Source: Bacteroidales bacterium (lineage in GTDB: Bacteria; Bacteroidota; Bacteroidia; Bacteroidales; VadinHA17). From it: a stretch of 64,000 bases of DNA. Numbering within the stretch: position 1 is the first letter of the stretch; every line of letters starts with the position of its first letter. Both the position numbers and the translations under genes were made by a program. The stretch is taken from NCBI GenBank assembly GCA_009877105.1, contig WXFD01000011.1:46485-110484 (forward strand), written 5' to 3'. Positions 1 through 9,000 of the stretch are shown piece after piece. A model generated the notes under the pieces. The model did not search any database. It was not told where the DNA came from and saw nothing but the letters and a program-made list of their open reading frames with translations.

Positions 1-1
1 C

Positions 2-3000
2 GGAACGGGCCCCTGGATGACACCTGCACATAGCTTTAACATAAATGACATACCTGATCTTGCTCCTCTCGATAATACAGTTTGCAGCGATGCACCATCG
101 GCAATAACTTTTTCAATATCCAATGCAGGACCGACTATCACAGGGCTTACCTATAATATTACATCAATAAATATGAACGGCCTTGTTCCGTCAGCAGGTT
201 CTCCTGCAACCGGTACAGGGCTTGCTGCCGCTATAATTTCGGACGATGCATACACGAATAAGACGTCAGGCGATGTAAATGTGATCTATGCTGTTGTACC
301 AGTCAGTTCGCAGGGCTGTATTGGAGCTCAGGAGAACGTTACGCTCACCGTGATGCCCGAGCCTGTACTGGCAAACCTCAGCACCCCCAAATGCAGCGAT
401 GAAGCTCTCGGATTCAACCTGAGCCTTGCCTCGGGCAGCTCGCCGGCCGCTTCATACAATATCACAGCCATAAACAGCAATGGCCTTACCGCTTCAGCGG
501 GCTCACCTGCCACCGGCTCGAATCTTCCTGCCAATGTCATAGCGGATGATGCCTGGACCAATACCACCGGCTCACCAGTGAACGTGGTTTACTCGATTGT
601 CCCGGTTGGCGTGAACGGATGCCCTGGGGATACTTATACAATGACCATCACCATCAACCCGGAGCCTGTCCTGGCTTCCCTTGTTCAACCGGTTTGCAGC
701 GACCAGCCTCTTGGCTTCAGCCTCGCGACAGCAGCCGGGAGCGTTGCCGCCGCTACTTACAATATTATCTCGATCAATTCCAACGGTCTTACAGCTTCGG
801 CTGGTTCCCCGGCCCCCGGTACAGGATTCGCGGCTAACGTGATAGCTGACGATGCCTGGACCAATACCACTGCAGATCCGGTTGATGTTGTTTACACGGT
901 TGTACCTGTTAGTGCATCGGGTTGCGAAGGCAACGCCGGAACAATAACCATAACTGTCAATCCCGAGCCTGTACTTGCAGACCTTAACACGACAATCTGC
1001 AGCGATGCCCCGCTGAACTTCAATCTTGCAACAGCTGCCGGGAGTGTCGCTGCCGCTACATACAATATCACTGCCATCAATTCCAACGGTTTAACTGCTT
1101 CAGCGGGTGCTCCTGCTGTTGGTAACGGGCTTTCAGCCAACGTGATTGCTGATGATGCCTGGAGAAACACAACGCCTCATGCCGTCAACGTGGTTTACAC
1201 CATCGTTCCGGTCAGTTCCTCCGGTTGCCCCGGCAACCCGGTTAACATGACTATCAGGGTCAATCCCGAACCGGTTTTGGCAACAACGGGGAAGGAGGTA
1301 TGCAGTCGTGAACCTCTGAATGTAAACCTGGCCGTCAACCCCGGAGGCGTGGCAGCGGCATCTTATAATATTATCAGCATTAATGCAAACGGGCTTGTCC
1401 CTTCCGCCGGTTCACCAGCAGCGGGCAACGGGCTCCCGGCAAATGAAATCGCTGATGACGCCTGGATTAATACGACATCGGCAATAGTCAACGTTGTTTA
1501 CAGAGTGGCCCCGCTCAGTGCAGATAACTGCGAAGGTAACCCCGTCGATATCACCTTTGCCGTGAAACCTGAGCCGGTTATTTCCCCGAACCAGACAGTA
1601 AATGTCTGCTCCGGCAACCCGCTCGACTATCCAATTGCTCTTGATAATTTCACCAATCCGGGAGCAGGCGTTACCTTCACGTGGAATACCCCTGTTCTCA
1701 ACCCGGCAGATCCGGCCTTCACGGGCGGCAATCCGAGAAATACCGCCTCATCTGCCAACATTACCGACACTTTTGTTAATACTCTCGGCATCATTGGAAC
1801 GGCAACCTATACCGTCACTCCTTATTATAACGGCTGTGCCGGCCAGCCGGTTGATATCGTCATCAGGGTTGGTTCAGAGCCTGTTCTTGATCCAGGTCTC
1901 GATGACTTTGCCTGCAGCAACGATGCCATCGGCCTGGTGCTCAGGGAGGCAGCAGGATCGGTAGCCCCGTCGCATTACAATATTATTTCGGTAAACATGG
2001 AGACGGGTCTTTCAGCTGCTTCAACAAATGCCATTGTACCGAATGACAACGCACCCGCAACATATCTGTCAGGCGATATCTTTGAAAACAAAACCGGAGT
2101 TGACAAGACCGTCACCTACAGGGTGCAGCCCGTGCTTGCTCCCGACTGTTTCGGTGACCCTGTTGACGTGGTGATGACCATTCGCCCACAGCCGGTGATC
2201 GTTCCCGGCCAGGTAAAGCCTGTCTGTTCCGGCGTAACAATCGGCAAAGAAATTTTCCTGATCCCTGTCAACACTCCTGCCGGAGTGAGATTCAACTGGA
2301 GCGCCCCGGCAATATCCGACGGGTCGGTGCAGGGATCTGCAGGCAGTGGCGTTGAAGCTGACCCGGCCGGTACAGTTCATATCAATGACGTGATACGGAA
2401 TTATTCATCGGCAGCCATCACGGCTACATACAGGGTAACCCCGGTGAGCGCTGAAGGATGCCGCGGCGAAGAGGTACCGGTTATCATTACCATAAATCCT
2501 GAGCCGCTGCCCAAGCCGATATCGGGACGGGCTGACCTTTGCGCGGGAGAGTCTGCCCCGGTCGTGTACAACGTTACACCTGTCGGAGGCTCATCGTTCC
2601 ATTGGACAGTTGACCCTGCTGTCGGAACAAAGACATTCGATTTCAACACCAACGCTATAATGATCACTGCTGCTACCGCGGCAGGAACTGGTAATATTAG
2701 CGTTTACGAAACAAATTCGCTGGGCTGTCCCGGAGCCCCGTTCACCTTGCCCGTCAGGGTATGGGACAGCCCCGATCCTGAAAATATTACGGGTGAACAA
2801 ACGGTTTGTGCCTACAGCACCCATACATATAGCGTGACACACAGACCGGGATCAGTCTACAGCTGGACCCTCCCGGGCGGAGCTGCCCTGGTTGGAAACC
2901 CCTCCGGGAATTCAATCCAGGTCGTGTTTGGAAACGTGGGCGGGACCATTCTTGTCCGCGAGACCAATATTGCCGGATGCATCACTGACCATGATCCGCT

Positions 3001-6000
3001 GGCTGTAACCGTTAACCCGCAGCCAACGGCCAACATCACGAACGGCGGAACCATGTGTGACGGCGGAACCAGGGCCCTGACCGTGTCATTTATCGGCACT
3101 GCCCCGTTCAGCTTCACCTACGCGATCAACGGGACTCCCCTGGCGCCCATATCAACCAGTGATAATCCCTATATACTGAATGCAACCCTTGCCGGTACCT
3201 ACTCGGTTGTCAACGTGACCGACAACACGGGTTGTACAGGTCCTGGCTCCGGAACAGCTACAATCACCTATTTCCCGAAACCAACGGGTATAATAAGCGG
3301 CACGGCGGAACTATGCCGGGGAAGCCAGGCAACCATAACAATGACTTTTACCGGGGTGCCGCCTTATACATTCACGTACACCGACGGAACCACACCGGTG
3401 ACCGTTACCAACCACCCTAACAGCGTTTACACGGCGAACGTTTCCCCATCCGTGTCATCAACTTATACTCTTGTTTCACTGAGTGATGGAAATAATTGTG
3501 ATGGCGTCCTTTCAGGTCAGGCAACAATAAACGTTAATCAACCGCCTTCACTGACCCTTACCGGAACAGATCTCATCTGTCATAACGTGCCCACGGGTGC
3601 TGTCGATCTGACCATCACCGGCGGAACTTCTCCTTTCGGTATATCATGGACCGGGCCAAACGGGTTCACTTCAACTGCTGAAGATATATCAGGGCTTAAC
3701 GAGGGATATTATGCCGTTACCGTGAGCGATTCAAAGGGATGTCATGCAACGGCCAACATCACAATCATGCAGCCTCGTCCGCTTTATGCAGCGGTTGACC
3801 GCACGAACGTGACATGCTATGGCGCTGACGATGGTACGATAACCATTTCCGGTTCTGACGGCGGTTCAGGATTTTACGAGTACAGCATCGATGGCGGCAT
3901 TGCCTGGAGTAATGATGTGACTTACACGGACCTGGCTCCCGGAACGTACGTGGTAATGATCAGGGATCTTGTCAACCCGACATGTATGCTGACGCTCAAC
4001 CCCGGGCTGCAGATAACCGGTCCGCCGATATTGTCGGGAACAGTCGGTAAGACAGACATAACCTGTCACGGATCACATGATGGAACAATAACCATCTCCA
4101 ACCCTGCCGGAGGTTACGGGACATACCAGTACAGTCATAACGGCGGAGCCGACTGGCAGGATTCACCTCTGTTCACGAACCTTTCAGCCGGATCTTACAG
4201 CATGGTTATACGCGACAGGGCTAACCCGCTCTGCAGGATGGATCTTGGCCCAGTGGTGATAAACGAGCCAGATGCCCTGGCAGCCACTGTTAACAGTACT
4301 GATGCCACCTGTTTCGGGGCGAATAATGGCACGATAACCATTAGCGGGGCAACAGGAGGTTATGGGGTTTATGAATACTCGATCAATGGCGGGGCAAGCT
4401 GGCAGGCTTCAAATACATTCCCGAACCTCGCCCCGGGCACTTACAATGTAAGAATGCACGACAGGGCCAATCCTGCCTGCATGATCATAATCAATTCTTC
4501 GCTGGTCATAACCGAACCGGCCATTCTGTCGGCAACGGTTGCAAGAACCAACGTTACCTGCAACGGTGCCAATGACGGGACAATTACCATCACTAACCCG
4601 CTAGGCGGTTACGGAACTTATGAATACACTGTTGATGGCGGCTCGGTCTGGCAGTCGCCGGGTACCTTTACAGGCCTTGCTCCCGGATATTACAACGTGA
4701 AGATCAGGGATGCAGCAAACGTTACGTGCGAGATAACCCTCCGGCCTGCCCTGCAGATAACCGAGCCGGCCGTCCTCTCGGCAAGCGTTGCATCAGTAAA
4801 TGTAACATGTAACGGGGCAGACGACGGGAGAATAACAATTACAAATCCCCTGGGCGGATCGGGCTCTTATGAATACACAGTGCATGGCGGACCGCCGTGG
4901 CAGCCGTCCGGCATCTTCAACGGACTTGCACCCGGCACCTATGATGTCAGGATAAGGGATGCCGCCAATCCGCTTTGCGTTACAACGCTTAACGGCACCC
5001 TGGTGATAACCGAACCGCTTCCTCTCGACGCGACACTGACATCCACAATGATAAGCTGCTTCGGGGCGAACAATGGCATAATTGCCATCAGCAATCCGGA
5101 AGGAGGCAGCGGAACTTATGAATACACTGTAAACGGAGGAACAAACTGGTCGAATTCCGGTAATTTCACCGGACTCACTCCCGGCATCTATAACGTCATA
5201 ATGAGGGATGCTGTCCACAAAACATGCGAGCATGTGCTCAATTCAGCGCTGGTAATCACACAGCCTGCCGTGCTGGCTGCAAATGTTGCATACACCAATG
5301 TCACCTGCTTCGGCGGGGCCGACGGCACAATAACCATAACCAACCCCACGGGCGGCTACGGAACCTATCAATATACCGTCAACGGCGGCGGTTCATGGCA
5401 GTCATCGGGCAGCTTTACCGGCCTGGGACAGGGCACATATAATGTTCAGATCAGGGATGAGGCTCATCCCGGATGCGTGATAGTGCTCAATAATGCGCTG
5501 GTGATAACCCAGCCAGCGATACTTAGGGCAACCATAACGACAACCATGGTGACCTGCTTCGGTGCCAACAACGGGATAATAACCATAACCAATCCGCTTG
5601 GCGGTTCGGGCAGTTATGAATTCAGCAATGATGGCGGTACGCACTGGCAGGCTTCGGGCATATTTGCCGGTCTTGCCCCCGGATCGTATGAAGTGAGGAT
5701 AAGGGATGCTGCAAATCCGTTGTGCGAAATAGTGCTTAATCCCGGAGTGTCCGTTACTGAGCCGGCAGAGCTCAATGCTGTGGTTACTGTGGTCAATATA
5801 ACCTGCAGCGGTGCGAATAATGGCAGGATACTGATTTCAAACCCGACAGGCGGCTACGGGACCTACGACTATTCGATCGACGGAGGTATCGGATGGCAAG
5901 CCACGGGAACCTTCACCGGCCTTTCACCGGCAACTTATGATGTCAGGATCAGGGACAGGGCCAACCCGCTATGCGTGGTGACCCTTCCGGCAGCAACTAT

Positions 6001-9000
6001 CACGCAGCCTGATCCGCTTTCGGCAGCAATTGTGTCAGATAACATAACCTGCAATGGAGCCAATGATGGCAGGATAGAAATCAGCGGCGCCGCGGGTGGC
6101 TCAGGGGCTTACCAATATTCCATCACCGGCGGATCGGCATGGCAAAGCTCCGGTATCTTCAATTATCTGAGCCCCGGCACTTACAATGTAAGGTTGAGAG
6201 ATGCTGCAAACATTACATGTGAGATTACCCTTGATGATGCACTGGTGATCACTCAGCCCGCCAGGCTGACGGCTGTGGTAAGCAGTTCAAATGTAACATG
6301 CAATGGCGGTAATGATGGTTCAATAACCATAACATCTCCGGCTGGAGGTTATAATATTTATGAATACAGCATTGACGGCGGCATAAGTTGGGACGGAATT
6401 ACTTCATTTACCGGTCTTGCCCCGGGATTTTACAATGTCCAGATGCGTGACGCGGCTCACCCGGCCTGTGTTGTTACCCTCAATGGTTCAGTCAGGATTA
6501 CCGAGCCGCCGGTACTCTCGGCAAGCGTCACTCAGACAAACATTACATGTCACGGGGCAGGCGACGGCATTATAACAATCAGCTCGCCTGCGGGAGGCCA
6601 TGGCGCTTATGAATACACTGTTACAGGAGGAACGCCCTGGCGGACAACCGGCACTTTCAGCAATCTTGGCCCGGGCAGCTATGATGTCAGGATCCGCGAT
6701 GCCGTAAATCAAACATGTGAGATTCCGCTTGGCACCCTGACCATAACCGAACCAGCGGCGCTTACTGCAACCGTGACATCAGTGGATATCAGCTGCTTCG
6801 GAGCCAATGACGGATCGATATCGGTTACATCCCCATCGGGAGGCTATGGAACATATCAGTACAATCTGAACGGAAGCACCTCCTGGCAGGTATCCGGAAA
6901 CTTCACCAACCTCGCTCCGGATACATATGTTGTCAGGATGAGGGATGCCGCCAATCCGGCATGCGAGATCACATTAACTCCTGATCCGGTGATATCGGAG
7001 CCCGGTATTCTGGCTGCGACCATCAACGGAACTAACGTGAGCTGTTTCGGAGGCGGTGACGGATCAATTACCATCAACAATGCAACGGGCGGATCGGGGA
7101 ATTACGAATACAGCATCAATGGCGGCGGTTCATGGAATGCCACGGGCATATTCACTAACCTCATTGCCGGAGCATATAACATACTTATCAGGGATGCTTC
7201 GCACCCGGCATGTATTATTGTTCTTAATAACGCTTATCTGATAACCCAGCCGTCATTGCTTTCGGCAACGGTAAGCAAGACAGAAGTGTCGTGTCACGGC
7301 TTCAACGACGGGACCATAAGCATCACTTCCCCGGCAGGCGGATATGGTACATACGAGTATTCAATAGATGGCGGCCTTAGCTGGCATGCATCCGGATTCT
7401 TTGACCATCTTACCCCTGGCACCTACGATGTAAGGATGAGAGATGAGGCTCATCATGGCTGCGCAGTGATCCTCTATCCAAACCTGCTGATCACCGAGCC
7501 GATCCGGCTTTCATTGTCAACGACCGGCGATGTGGTGCTTAACTGTTTTGGCGACAATAATGGCATGGGCACATTTTATGCCTCGGGCGGAACAATGCCC
7601 TACACTTTCATTGTTGACAATCAGGCGGGAGCCACCGTGGCTGGTCCTGGATTTAACTCGCAGACCTTCTTCAGCGCCAGTGCGGGGGTTGTCAATGTTA
7701 CCGTGGTTGATGCCAACGGATGCTCTGAAAGTGCCTCCATCCAAATCACCCAGCCCGATGAACTGCTTCCCGGTTCGATTGGCGACGATCAGATTGTATG
7801 CAGCGGCGATATACCCGCCGCTATCCAGGAACTGACCCCGGCAACGGGAGGTCCTGGAGCCAGGGTGTTCCAGTGGCAGTCGTCAACAAGTGCAACCGGA
7901 CCTTTCGTCAATATTGCCGGCGCCAATGGCAATGATTACACACCAACGACTGGTGCCACCTACACCCAGTATTACAGGAGAATGGTAACCTCCGGCACAT
8001 GCATGCCCGGGTACAGCAACGTGGTCGGGGTGTTTGTTAACCCCAGGCCAGTCGCCTTCCTTACCGGTGGCGGTACCATTTGCCCGGGAGAAAACGCTGT
8101 TATCCGAATAACAATGCCAGCCGGAACAGGACCGTTCACGGTGGAAATAGACGGGCTGGGAACTATAAATAATTATAACAGCGGTGATGATATAACGGTC
8201 AGTCCTGCTGCCACAACTACCTACAGCCTGGTAAGCGTGATCGATGCAAACAACTGCGAGGTTGTTGCACCGTCGCCAAACCTTAGTGGCACGGCTACCG
8301 TGACCGTGAGCGATCTGCCGCTAATAACTTTATTCACCCCGCCGGATCCGGTTTGCGAATTCTCGCTTGCCTCGTTCAGAGTGACGGCCACAGGCACCAA
8401 CCTTACTTACCAGTGGTATGTCGATGATGGAAATTCAATCAGCCCGGTAAGTGACGGCGGAACATATTTTGGAGCGTTAACGCCTACTCTTCAGATATTT
8501 AATGCTGTGAGAAGTATGGACGGAAATATCTATCACGTGGCAGTCACGGGCTGCGGAACCACTGTCACTTCATCAGATATAGTCCTGACTGTGAATACCG
8601 CTCCCGAGATCACTCTTCATCCCAGGGATATTACCGTGTGCCTTGGCCAGGATGCCGTGCTGGAGGCAGATGCAACGGGCACAGGTATTACCTGGCAATG
8701 GTTGGTGAACAGGGGCTCTGGTTTCGTACCGGTAACTGATGATTCAAATTTCAGCGGTTCTCAATCCAATATACTTACCATCACTGATGCCCGGTCGTCC
8801 TTCAATGGCTGGATCTTCAGGGCTGTTGCAAGTGGAGTCTGCGGTGTTCCTGTAAACACCAACTTTGCTGTTCTCAGGGTAATCAATCCACCGGAGGTGA
8901 CAACTCATCCTAACCCGGTAGCGGTTTGTGAGGACAGTCCCGCGTCGTTCCTGGGTAATGGCAGGGGGTATACCACTATGCAATGGCAGGTTAATACCGG

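Noticed and set aside
3780-7510. Regular 249-bp periodic repeats considered as a CRISPR or satellite array
   Set aside because: The repeats are in-frame coding units of one ORF, with conserved amino-acid motifs. There is no short repeat/unique spacer architecture and no cas genes in the window.
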